Shown here piece after piece: positions 52,531 to 64,000 of a DNA stretch of 64,000 nucleotides. Source of the DNA: an uncultured Alphaproteobacteria bacterium (GTDB lineage: Bacteria; Pseudomonadota; Alphaproteobacteria; Rhizobiales; Xanthobacteraceae); assembly GCA_963720985.1 (NCBI GenBank), contig CAVRHL010000001.1, positions 166,994 through 230,993 of the forward strand, read 5' to 3'. Both the position numbers and the translations under genes were made by a program. The notes under the pieces were generated by a model. The model ran no database searches. It saw nothing but the letters and a program-made list of their open reading frames with translations, and had not been told where the DNA came from. Each line of letters opens with the position of its first letter. The stretch's first letter is position 1.

Positions 52531-54084
52531 TCACTCCGCCGCTTCCGCCGCCTTGTGATGGTCGGTCGGCAAGGCCATCTCGGTCGGCAGCGCCTTGGGC
52601 GCGCGCAGCCGCACCACGATCTGCATGACGATCAGCAAGGCGCACAGGCCGATGAACACGGCGCTGATCGGATGCTTGACGAACACCAGGATGTCGCCGC
52701 GCGAGATCAACATGGCGCGCCGGAAGTTCTCCTCGAAGCGCGGTCCGAGCACGAAGCCGAGCAGGATCGGCGCCGGGTGGAAGTCGAGCAGCAACAGGAT
52801 GTAGCCGACGATACCAATGAGGATGACTTCGCCGACCTGGAACATGTCGTTGTTGGTCGAGTAGACGCCAATCGCCACGAAGAACATCGCCGCCGGGTAG
52901 AGATACTTGTAGGGGATGGTCAGCAGCTTCACCCACAGGCCGATCATCGGCACGTTGAGCACGACCAGGATTATGTTGCCGATCCAGAAGCTGGCGATGA
53001 GGCCCCAGAAGATGTCCGGGTGTTCGCTGATCAGTTGCGGGCCCGGAACCACGCCCTGGATCATCAGGGCGCCGAGAATCAACGCCATCACCGCGTCGCC
53101 CGGAATGCCGAGGCTCATGGTCGGGATGAAGTCGCCCTGCACCGAAGAGTGCGTGGAGGCTTCGGGGCAGGCAACGCCCTCGATCATGCCGGTGCCGAAC
53201 TTCTCCGGCGTCTTGGAGATCTTCTTCTCGGTGGCGTAGGAGATGAACGAGGCGATGGTCGGGCCGGTGCCAGGGATCAGCGCGCACAGGCTGCCGATGA
53301 TGGTGCCGCGGAACATAGCCGGGATCGAGCGGCGAAATTCGTCGCGGGTCGGCCGCAAGTCCTTGAACTTCACGTTCGTGTACTTGGTGTCGACCTCGGA
53401 CAGTTGATTGACGCTCTTCATGAACTCGGCGATGCCGAACAGGCCGAGCGCCAGCGCCACGATTTCCACCCCGTCGAACAGATTGGGGATGCCGAAGGTG
53501 AAGCGCGGCGTGCCGGTTTCGATGTCGCTGCCGACGATGCCGATCAGCAGCCCGCAAACGGTCATGGCTACGCCCTTGAGCGGCGAACCGCGCGCCAGCG
53601 TCGAGCCGGCTAGCAAGCCGAGCAACATCAGCGAACAGATCTCCGCCGGCCCGAATTTCAATGCCACCACCACCAGGATTGGCGACAAGAAGATCATCTC
53701 GGTGATGCCCCAGGAGGCACCGACGAAAGACGAGATGACGGTGATGCCGAGCGCCGCGCCGCCGCGGCCCTGCTTGGTCAGCGGGAAGCCGTCGAGACAG
53801 GTCACGGCGTGCGGTGGATGGCACGGCAGGTTGAGCAAGATCGAGCAGATCGCCCCGCCGTATTGCGCGCCGTAGAACACGCCGGCGAGCATCAGGATGG
53901 CGCCGACCGGCTTGATGCCGAAAGTCAGCGGCAACAGGATCGAGATGGTCGCCAGCGGGCCCATGCCCGGCAGCACGCCGACCATGTTACCGACGAACAC
54001 GCCGATGAAACACCACATCACATTGTGCGGCTCGAGCGCGACGCCGAAGCCGTACCAGAGATCGGTAAGCGCGGTTTCGAACAT
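52531..54084 (-). CDS. tctA: Tripartite tricarboxylate transporter large permease
   Basis: VGVLPGMG, YGAQYGG, TCLDGFP, ALIPGTG, SLGIPG and GPRFEENFRRA. TGATG overlap with tctB. Confidence 0.95.
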   Translation of the reverse strand: MFETALTDLWYGFGVALEPHNVMWCFIGVFVGNMVGVLPGMGPLATISILLPLTFGIKPVGAILMLAGVFYGAQYGGAICSILLNLPCHPPHAVTCLDGFPLTKQGRGGAALGITVISSFVGASWGITEMIFLSPILVVVALKFGPAEICSLMLLGLLAGSTLARGSPLKGVAMTVCGLLIGIVGSDIETGTPRFTFGIPNLFDGVEIVALALGLFGIAEFMKSVNQLSEVDTKYTNVKFKDLRPTRDEFRRSIPAMFRGTIIGSLCALIPGTGPTIASFISYATEKKISKTPEKFGTGMIEGVACPEASTHSSVQGDFIPTMSLGIPGDAVMALILGALMIQGVVPGPQLISEHPDIFWGLIASFWIGNIILVVLNVPMIGLWVKLLTIPYKYLYPAAMFFVAIGVYSTNNDMFQVGEVILIGIVGYILLLLDFHPAPILLGFVLGPRFEENFRRAMLISRGDILVFVKHPISAVFIGLCALLIVMQIVVRLRAPKALPTEMALPTDHHKAAEAAE

Positions 54085-54554
54085 CAGAAGCCCCACCGGA
54101 ACATTGGAAATGGAATCTTCAGCACGTAGACGAACAGCGCCACACCGACGACGGTAACGCCGGCTGCGAGAATCGCCGAGCCTTTCAGCGTCGCGGTGCG
54201 GTCACCGAGCGCGGGGATGAGGACGCAGGCGAAGGTCGCCGGCACCAGGCCGAAAAATTCGCCAAGGATGATGAACGCAACCGGACCGGCCAGGATGCAG
54301 CCCCAGGCAAACCATTCCGGTTTTTCCGGCAGGATACGCTCGTCGTCGCCGAGCGGCGTGACGATCGCGGTACCGAGGATCAGCACGCCGACGAAGGTGA
54401 GCGTGACCCCGAGCATCATGGGGAACATCCCCGGTCCCATATGGGTGAGGGTGCCGAGGGTATAAGTGAGGGAGTTGAGCGTGACTGCGGCGCCGAGCAG
54501 GGTCATCAGACCGCCGGCGTAGAAGTCGCGCTTTTTTAGGAGCGTGCCGAACAA
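54084..54554 (-). CDS. tctB: Tripartite tricarboxylate transporter small permease
   Basis: RDFYAGG, GTLTHMGPGMFP and 4-5 TMs. GGAGGAG RBS. Confidence 0.92.
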   Translation of the reverse strand: MFGTLLKKRDFYAGGLMTLLGAAVTLNSLTYTLGTLTHMGPGMFPMMLGVTLTFVGVLILGTAIVTPLGDDERILPEKPEWFAWGCILAGPVAFIILGEFFGLVPATFACVLIPALGDRTATLKGSAILAAGVTVVGVALFVYVLKIPFPMFRWGF

Positions 54555-54935
54555 GGGTGTCTCCTCCAGGGCAGTTTTCTTGTCATTTATTCGGGGTGCG
54601 GTTTGGCATCCCCTATCTTTAGTCTAGTGCTAACCGTTTTTCTATATCCGCCGGCGACCGCTGCACGGTTGTCATCAGCTGCTCCGGTATTTTGTCGCAC
54701 GAACAACAAGCCCTGCCAATCCTGGCCCCATGATAACAACTCCGTTCCCGGTCGGTTCTTTCACAGGCGATTGATGGCGCGCGGCTATCCCGGGCGCGGG
54801 AAACTTGCGGTGTTTTCATGGTCTTAGCGAAGTGGCCCGTGCAATACCGCAGTGCCGCGACCGCCGGTTGTCCGCCGCGCCGGCCGAGATGTACCGTCAT
54901 ACCGGCCGGGTCCGAGGTCGGTCCGGTCGCGGTCG

Positions 54936-55856
54936 CTACGGACGCGATCCCATGCGGTTGAGCTTGAGCACGGTATAGACCGTGTCGCTCGCCGGCGTCG
55001 GGATGTTGTACTCGCGGCCGAGCGCGCGCACCTTGCCGGCGAGCCAGTCGAGTTCGATCCGGCCGCCGCGCTCGAGATCGTGCGCCATCGACGCCTTCAT
55101 GCCGGGCTCGATCGTGTCCAAGAATTTCATCCGGCCGTCGATGAAATCTGGCGCCAGCGCCACGCCCTTGGCTTTGCCGACAGAGTAGGCCTCCTGCATC
55201 AGCGCGCGAAAGAAGCCGCGCAATTCGGGATCGCTGCGGATCGCGCCAATGGCTGAGCGCATGCTGCCGGTCGAGCCCGCCATGGCGGTGAGGAAGATGA
55301 ATTTCTCCCACAGCTCGACGTCGATATCCGGCGAGATGTCGACGTCGAGCTTGGCCGCCTTGCCGGCCTCGGTGAAGGCCCGCAGCACGGCGTCGGCTTT
55401 CTTGTCGGGGCGGCCATAGCGCATCTTGGCGAAATGGCTGGTGTGTTTGATGACGCCGGGCGAGGCAATGGTGGTGGCGATATAGGCGGCGCCGCCGGCG
55501 GTTTGTTCGGCGCCGAGAATCGGCGTGATGCGCTCGCTGTCGACGCCGTTCTGCAGGGTGATGACGCGGGTGTTGGCGCCGACCAGCGGCCGCGCCTGAG
55601 CGGCGGCAGTCTCGGTGTCCCAAAGTTTCACCGCGAACAGCACGATATCGACCGGGCCGACGCTTTTCGGGTCGTCGGTGACGTTCGGAATGGGCAGATG
55701 CAGGTCGCCGTGCACGCTCTCGAGCTTGAGGCCGTTCGCTTTCATCGCCGCGAGATTGGCGCCGCGGGCGATGAAGAACACGTCGTGGCCGGCCGCCGCC
55801 ATGCGCGCGCCGAAGTACCCGCCGACCGCGCCCGCCGCCATTGCCGCTATCCGCAT
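54936..55856 (-). CDS. panE: Ketopantoate reductase-family protein
   Basis: AGAVGGYFG, LFAVK, LQNGV, WEKF and ASMAHDLERG..IE. Confidence 0.88.
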   Translation of the reverse strand: MRIAAMAAGAVGGYFGARMAAAGHDVFFIARGANLAAMKANGLKLESVHGDLHLPIPNVTDDPKSVGPVDIVLFAVKLWDTETAAAQARPLVGANTRVITLQNGVDSERITPILGAEQTAGGAAYIATTIASPGVIKHTSHFAKMRYGRPDKKADAVLRAFTEAGKAAKLDVDISPDIDVELWEKFIFLTAMAGSTGSMRSAIGAIRSDPELRGFFRALMQEAYSVGKAKGVALAPDFIDGRMKFLDTIEPGMKASMAHDLERGGRIELDWLAGKVRALGREYNIPTPASDTVYTVLKLNRMGSRP

Positions 55857-55957
55857 GAAGCCGCTCCTCGTTTGCTCAGGCGGGCGTTATAGCAAAAAAT
55901 TGCCGGGCGCGATTGCCGAGGTTAGGTTGCGCGCCGACCGGAGCAAGTAAAGCAGCC

Positions 55958-57166
55958 ATGGCCCGTGCATTGATCATCGGCGGTTCGCTCGGCGGGCTGT
56001 TCGCCGGCCTGCTGCTGCGCCAGGCCGGCTGCGACGTCACGGTGTTCGAGAAGAGCACCGGCGATCTCGCCAGCCGCGGCGTCGGCATCGGCACGCATGT
56101 CGAGATGTTCGACATCATGCGCCGGCTCGGCATCGTCGTCGACCAATCGATCGGTCAGTCGTTCTCGTCGCGCTTTTGCCTCGCCCATGACGGGTCGGTG
56201 GTCGCCCGGCTGCCGTTCGACAAGATCCTCACCTCGTGGACGCTGCTCTACCGCGCGCTGCGGCGGCGCCTGCCCGATGCCTGCTATCGGGCTGGCATGC
56301 AGCTTGACGACATCGCGCAACGCGACGGCGGCATCACCGCGATCTTCGCTGACGGCACACCCGTCGACGGCGATCTACTGATCGGCGCCGATGGCGTGCA
56401 TTCGACCGTCCGGGCGCGCGCGTTTCCGGGGTCGCCGGCGCCGGTCTATGCCGGCTACGTCGGCTGGCGCGGCGTCATCGACGAGAACGCCGTGCCGCAC
56501 GACGCGCGCGGCGAGCTGTTCACGTCCTACGCCTTCTATCTGCCGCCGCGCGAAATGTTCCTGTCCTATCTGCAGCCGGGCGCCGACGACGACCTCACGC
56601 CCGGGCGGCGGCGCATGAACTGGCTGTGGTATCACCCGGTGAATGCGGCGGCACTGCGCGACATGTGCACCGATGCGGAGGGCCATCATCACGCGGCCAT
56701 TCCGCCGCCGCTGATCCGGCCCGAGGTGATCGCCGCCTTCCGCGCCGACGCACACGCGCTGCTGCCGCCGCAATTCATCGCGCTGACCGAAGCAACGCCG
56801 GCGCCGTTCTTCCAGCCGATCTTCGATCTGGAATCGCCGCGGCTGGTCGCCGGACGTGCGCTGCTGTTGGGCGATGCCGCCTTCGTCGCGCGGCCGCATG
56901 TCGGGGCCGGCGTCACCAAGGCGGCGCTGAACGCGGCCTGGCTGACCGATGCGCTCAAGGCGCAACCCGACATCGACGCCGCGCTCGCGGTCTATGACGC
57001 GGAGGCGCGCGGCTTCGGTGCAGCGTTGGTGGCGCGGGCGCGCTATCTCGGCGCCTACCTCGAAGACCCGCCGCGCGCCGGGCTTACGCCCGACCCGGTG
57101 ACGCTGATGCAGGCGATCGGCGTGCCGCTGCGCGAGATTCCGGAGGTCGCGGCGACGCTGAGTTAA
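55958..57166 (+). CDS. FAD-dependent monooxygenase (2,6-dihydroxypyridine hydroxylase-like group A)
   Basis: IIGGSLGGL, GADGVHSTVR, YAGYVGWRG, NWLWY and GDAAFVARPHVGAG. Confidence 0.88.
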   Translation: MARALIIGGSLGGLFAGLLLRQAGCDVTVFEKSTGDLASRGVGIGTHVEMFDIMRRLGIVVDQSIGQSFSSRFCLAHDGSVVARLPFDKILTSWTLLYRALRRRLPDACYRAGMQLDDIAQRDGGITAIFADGTPVDGDLLIGADGVHSTVRARAFPGSPAPVYAGYVGWRGVIDENAVPHDARGELFTSYAFYLPPREMFLSYLQPGADDDLTPGRRRMNWLWYHPVNAAALRDMCTDAEGHHHAAIPPPLIRPEVIAAFRADAHALLPPQFIALTEATPAPFFQPIFDLESPRLVAGRALLLGDAAFVARPHVGAGVTKAALNAAWLTDALKAQPDIDAALAVYDAEARGFGAALVARARYLGAYLEDPPRAGLTPDPVTLMQAIGVPLREIPEVAATLS

Positions 57167-57184
57167 GTTAGCCGCGCGTCGCCG

Positions 57185-58488
57185 TCAGGTGGCGGCAGCT
57201 TCCTTCTCGACCGCCGACTTGCCGGGGTCGAGCCAGAACGCCCAGACCGCCGAGCCGAGCACCAGCAGGCTGGCGGCGACGATGAACGGCGCCTGCCACG
57301 AGCCGAACTGGACCAGCACGCCGAACACCAGCGGCGACAGCGCGCCGCCGATATTGCCGGCCATGTTCATCATGCCCGACACCGTGCCGGAATGCTCGCC
57401 GCCGATGTCCATCGGCACCGCCCAGGACGGGCCGATGGTGCATTCGAGGAAGAACATCGAGGCGGTCAGGCAATAGACTGCGGTGTAGGCGCTCTCGGTC
57501 ATCGCGGCAGGCACGATGAACACCGCGCAGCCCAGCATGCCGGTGATGGCGACGGCGCGGCGGGAGAACTTGATGTTGCCGGTCTTTGCCAGCAGCCAGT
57601 CGGTCGCCAGCCCCGACGGTGTCGCCGACGACGCCCGCCCACAGCGGCAGCGAGGCGAAGATGCCGACCTTGATCAGCGTGAAGTGCCGGAACTCGATCA
57701 GATAAGACGGCAGCCAGCTCAGGAAGATCCAGAGGCAATACACGTAAGTGAAGTAGGCGCACATGATCGCCCACATGTTGGGCGAGCGCAGCATCGATGC
57801 CCCACGGCACGCTCGGCTTCTTGCTGATGTTGGCTTTGAGCGCATTGCCCTGCGCGTCGGTGCCGCGGATGTATTTGAGCTCGTCGGCATTGACCAAGGC
57901 GTGGTCTTCGGGAAGGTCGCGATAGGCGAAATACCACAAGATCGACCAGACCAGGCCGACCGCGCCGCAGATGTAGAACACCGAGCGCCAGCCGAGCGTC
58001 GTCATGATCAGCACCACCAGCGGCGGCGCAATCGCCGCGCCGAGCCGGCTCGCGCTGTGGGTGATGCCTTGCACGAAGCCGCGCTCGTGCTTGGGATACC
58101 AGAGCTGCATCGCGCGCGTCGCGCCGGGGAAGGCGCCGCCTTCGCCGACGCCGAACAGGAAGCGCAGCACCACGAACGAGGTCGCGCCGGTCGCCCAGGC
58201 CGTCGCCGCGGTCATCACCGACCAATAGGCGACGATGACCGTGAGCACCTTGCGCGGGCCGAAACGGTCGCCGATCCAGCCGCCGGGAACCTGGAACAAT
58301 GCATAGGCCCAGACGAAGGCGCTGAAGATCACGCCCATGGTGATCTTGTCGAAGCCGAATTCCTTGCTGATGGCGGGGGCCGCGGTCGAGATGTTGACGC
58401 GGTCGAGATAGGTAATCAGGTACATCAGGCTGATCAGAACCAGGATGTACCAGCGGCCCATGCTGGGCCTCGCCTTTGGCTGTTCCAT
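57185..58488 (-). CDS. MFS transporter, ACS family (galactonate/glucarate-like); frameshifts near 57795 and 57612
   Basis: TYLDRVNIS, GDRFGPR, GEGGAFP, WLPSYL and SGMMNMAGN across three ORF pieces. Confidence 0.88.
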
Positions 58489-58638
58489 GTCAAGGACTCC
58501 CGGTGAGTTGGCAACCTGTAAGCCGGCCGCCCATCGTTCGACAAGGCGCGGGCGCAAAAATAGAGCCCTACCTCGATAGAGCGGCTGCGATTGCCCGACG
58601 ATAACTCAGATCAATACAAGCGCCTTTTGCGTCGGCGC

Positions 58639-58667
58639 AAAAAAATGCCCGGCGCAAGCGCCGGGCA
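58639..58667 (-). terminator. Rho-independent terminator of the L,D-transpeptidase gene
   Basis: TGCCCGGCGC-AA-GCGCCGGGCA preceded by A7 (U-tract on the minus strand). Confidence 0.8.
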
Positions 58668-58691
58668 AAGTTGTTGGAGGTTACGCGAAAA

Positions 58692-59410
58692 TCAGTGGAG
58701 GCTGGACGGGCGATCGACGTTCAACGATAGCCGTTCGGTATGGACGGGAGCCGGCGCGTGCTGCGCGGTCTGCGCCGGCGCGCTCTGCGGCAGCACGATC
58801 ACCTTGGCGCCGACCTGCACGCGGCTGTAGAGATCGGTGACGTCCTCATTGGTGAGGCGGATGCAGCCCGACGACACGTGCTTGCCGATGGTGGTCGGGT
58901 CGTTGGTGCCGTGGATGCGGTATTCGCTGCCGCCGAGATACATGGCGCGCGCGCCGAGCGGATTGCCGGGGCCGCCGGCGACCATGCGCGGCAGATAAGG
59001 CTGGCGCGCGATCATCTCGGCCGGCGGATACCAGTCCGGCCACTCGGCCTTGCGCGCGACCTGCTTGACGCCGGCCCAAGTGAAGCCCTGCGGCCGACGC
59101 CGATGCCGTAGCGGATCGCCTTGCCGTTGCCGAGCACGTAATAGAGGAAGGTGTGCGGGGTATCGATGATGACGGTGCCGGGCGCCTCGTGGCTGGCGTA
59201 GTTGACGATCTGGCGCTGCAGGCGCGGATCGAGCTGCGCGTCGGCGTCCGGCGCAGCCTGGTCATCCGGCGCATATTGCGGCTGGACCTGCGGGGCGACC
59301 TGCGCCTGGCCCGGCGACAGGAACGCGAACAGCGGATCGGCCTGCGCGGTGCCGCACGACAAAGCGGCGGCGGCGATCAGCGAACCGGCGATGAAGTACT
59401 TGGCGGACAT
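58692..59410 (-). CDS. L,D-transpeptidase (ErfK/YbiS/YkuD family); frameshift near 59091
   Basis: PGTVIIDT, RYGIGVGR, GGPGNPLGARAMYL, YRIHGTN and SSGCIRL. Confidence 0.92.
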
Positions 59411-59548
59411 GTGCAGCCTCCCCGATGGATCTCGTGATCCATCATTCGTCGAGGCAAGCGCCGGGAGGTTCAAAGGTTCCGGAAATCCGGCTTCCTCAAA
59501 TTTCCGTCATCGGTCGGAACCAATTGCGAATATTGACGTTTTTTGCAG

Positions 59549-60047
59549 CTAGTCGGCGCGCTTGCGCCAGCCCACCACCGCCTCCGGCACGCTGTCGGTG
59601 GAGGCGAAATAGGGCTTGATGTCGAGCAGCGGCGTGCCGTCCAGGCAGTCGAGCCCGACCACCGACAGCGTGCCGTCCTCGATGCCGAGCAGCTTGACGA
59701 CGCTCATGGCGATCGGGTTGGGGCGGGCCGGCGAGCGCAGCGCAAAGGTGCCGTGCTGAGTGCCGTAGTGGCTGGGCACCTGCAGCACTAGGTCGCGCTG
59801 CGAATTGTCCATCCAATAAAGCAGCACCAGATGGCTGCAGGTTTCGACGTCCTTGAGCGCCTGCGCGCCAGCGCGGATCGACCTCGACCGTGCAGACCGC
59901 GTCGGATTCGCGGGCGTTTTTCGGGCAGTCCTTGCGCTGCATCCAGGGCGTGCGGATGCGGCCGATGAAGTAAAGGCCAGCGTCGTAATTCTCGGGCAGG
60001 TCGACTGCGACCTCGCCGTCGCGGACGCCGAATTCACTGCTGCGCAT
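59549..60047 (-). CDS. tsaA: SAM-binding YaeB/TrmO (TsaA)-family protein, single-domain form; frameshift near 59868
   Basis: IGRIRTPW, GTFALRSPARPNPIA and LDCLDGTPLLDIKPY. Confidence 0.88.
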
Positions 60048-60148
60048 GGCCGTTGATCCCTGTCGGTAGGATGTTGCCACCGGCACGCTTTTCGTAACCA
60101 CTCCGGAAAATGCCTTACGCGACGGGCTTGCCGTTATTCGTTTCAACG

Positions 60149-60166
60149 TATAAAGATATCTTTATA
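60149..60166. promoter_or_regulatory. Perfect 18-bp palindrome, probable SahR operator
   Basis: TATAAAGATATCTTTATA, about 40 nt upstream of the ArsR-methyltransferase regulator in otherwise GC-rich DNA. Confidence 0.8.
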
Positions 60167-60206
60167 TAGTGGGAACACGCCCATACCGACCAGCGCTAAA
60201 GACCCT

Positions 60207-61206
60207 ATGAGCAGTGCCAGACTTCGGTTTCGATGCCCTCAACGCGGCCCTCAAGGCCGCGGGCGAGGAGACGCGCCTGCGCGTGCTGGCGCTGCTCGCC
60301 GAAGCCGAACTGACGGTCTCCGACCTCACCGACATCCTGCGCCAGTCGCAGCCGCGCATCTCGCGCCATCTCAAGCTGCTGGCCGAAGCCGGGCTGATCG
60401 AGCGCTTCCGCGAGGGCACCTGGGCGTTCTTCCGCCTGGCCGAGCATGGCGGCGGCGCCGAGCTCGCGCGCGCGCTGCTCGAGCGGCTCGATCCAGCCGA
60501 CCAGACCATCGCCCGCGACCGCGCCCGGCTTGCCTCGGTGCGCTCGGCGCGCGCCGCCGCGGCGCAGGCCTATTTCCGCGCCCACGCCGCCGAATGGGAC
60601 CGCATCCGCAAGCTGCACGTCGCCGACGACGCGGTCGAGGACGGCGATCCGCGCAGCGCTCGCCGGCAAGCCGTTCCGGTCGCTGTTCGATCTCGGCACC
60701 GGCACCGGCCGCATGCTCGAATTGTTCGGCGCCGAGATCGAGCGCGGGCTCGGCCTCGATCTGTCGCTCGACATGCTGCTGCTGGCGCGCGACCGGCTGG
60801 AGCGCGCCGGCCTGAGACATTGCAGCGTGCGCCAGGGCGACATCTACGATCTGCCGCTCGCCAACGACAGCTTCGACGTCGTCATCATGCATCAGGTGCT
60901 GCACTTCCTCGACGACGGCGCGCGCGCGATTCACGAGGCGGCGCGCGTGCTGCGCCCCGGCGGGCGGCTGCTGGTGGTCGACTTCGCGCCGCACGAGCAG
61001 GAATTCCTGCGCGAGCAGTACGCGCACCGCCGGCTCGGCTTTGCGCCGGAGACCGTGACGCAATGGATGACGGCGTCCGGCCTCGAACCGGTGCTGCACA
61101 AGAGCCTGGCGCCGGAGCCGGATCGGGCAAGATCGCGGTGTCGCTGTGGCTCGCGCGCGACGCCCGCGCGCTGATGGCGCAGCCGCCGCAGCGGGAGGTG
61201 GCGTGA
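60207..61206 (+). CDS. sahR: ArsR-HTH + SAM-methyltransferase-fold regulator of methionine recycling (SahR type); frameshifts near 60643 and 61118
   Basis: QSQPRISRHLKLL HTH, DLGTGTG and HQVLHFL. Directly upstream of and coupled to metF. Confidence 0.85.
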
Positions 61207-62113
61207 TGAACGATCCGCGCCAGCCGGTTCGCGCGCGGCGAGGGCCGCCGCATCGACGTGTCGTTCGAATTCTTCCCGCCGCAGACGGAGGAGATGGAAA
61301 AGATCCTGTGGGAGTCGATCGAGCGGCTGGCGCCGCTGGCGCCGAATTTCGTCTCGGTCACCTACGGCGCCGGCGGCTCGACGCGCGAGCGCACCCACGC
61401 GACGGTCAAACGCATCCTGGCCGAGACGCCGCTGACGCCGGCCGCGCATCTCACCTGCGTCGCCGCGACGCGCGAGGAAGTCGACGCCATCGTGCGCAAT
61501 TATCGCGACGCCGGCGTGCGCCATATCGTGGCGCTGCGCGGCGATCCGGCCGGCGGCGCCGGCACCAAATACGCGCCGCATCCGGGCGGCTACCAGCAAC
61601 GCCGCCGATCTGGTCGCCGGCATCAAGCGGGCGCATCGGCGACTTCGAAGTTTCGGTGTCGGCCTATCCGGAGAAGCATCCCGACAGTCGCCGACGGTCG
61701 ACGCCGACATCGACATGCTCAAGGCCAAGGTCGATGCCGGCGCGGCCCGCGCCATCACGCAATTCTTCTTCGAGAACGATCTCTATTTCCGCTATCTCGA
61801 CCGCGTGCGCGCGCGCGGCATCGATATCCCGATCGTGCCGGGCATCCTGCCGGTGCAGAATTTCAAGGCGGCGACCAATTTCGCCGCGCGCGCCGGCGCG
61901 TCGGTGCCGGCCTGGCTGGCCGAGCGCTTCCACGGCCTCGATAACGATGCGGCGACGCGCAAGCTGATCGCCGCGGCGGTCGCGGCCGAGCAGGTGGTCG
62001 ATCTGGTCGACCGCGGCGTCACCACGTTCCACTTCTACACCATGAACCGCGCCGATCTCGTCTACGCCATCTGCCATCTGCTGGGCTTGCGGCCGGTGGC
62101 GCTGGCAGCCTGA
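61206..62113 (+). CDS. metF: 5,10-methylenetetrahydrofolate reductase; several +1 frameshifts
   Basis: VSFEFFPP, SVTYGAGGSTR, AHLTC, ALRGD, AYPEKHP, ITQFFF and HFYTMNR. Confidence 0.93.
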
Positions 62114-62130
62114 ATTCGGAGTCCATTGTT

Positions 62131-64000
<1,870 letters not shown>

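Noticed and set aside
60048-60206. SAM or cobalamin riboswitch ahead of the met genes
   Set aside because: No recognisable aptamer motifs; a protein-operator palindrome explains the region.

Overview
GC-rich alphaproteobacterial chromosome segment. Gene content and the intergenic REP-like palindromes point to Hyphomicrobiales, probably Xanthobacteraceae/Nitrobacteraceae-like (inference). From left to right it holds: (1) an XRE-hyfBCEF-large subunit-small subunit operon whose large subunit lacks the NiFe cysteines, so it is an Ehr-type complex and not a hydrogenase; (2) capD-like and gmhA; (3) IclR, a Zn-dehydrogenase and udgX; (4) a ~10.5 kb catabolic cluster (IclR, cyclase, cupin, SDR, 3-hydroxyacyl-CoA-dehydrogenase-like, ABC importer, two amidohydrolase decarboxylases) that looks like a reductive phloroglucinol/trihydroxybenzoate pathway and is the best candidate for an undescribed system here; (5) ettA, a large amidase and an MltB-type transglycosylase; (6) an AT-richer patch with two convergent GT-C-like membrane proteins; (7) many small envelope genes and three eroded genes; (8) a TPP riboswitch followed by an unknown membrane gene and thiC; (9) Crp/Fnr and tctBA with unusual Cys/His motifs; (10) a SahR-type operator with sahR-metF-metH running off the window end. 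Many conserved genes carry single-base frameshifts, mostly insertions and densest at 57-63 kb; these look like long-read consensus errors. No rRNA, tRNA, CRISPR array, integrase or transposase was seen. All family assignments come from motif recognition by eye; no searches were run.
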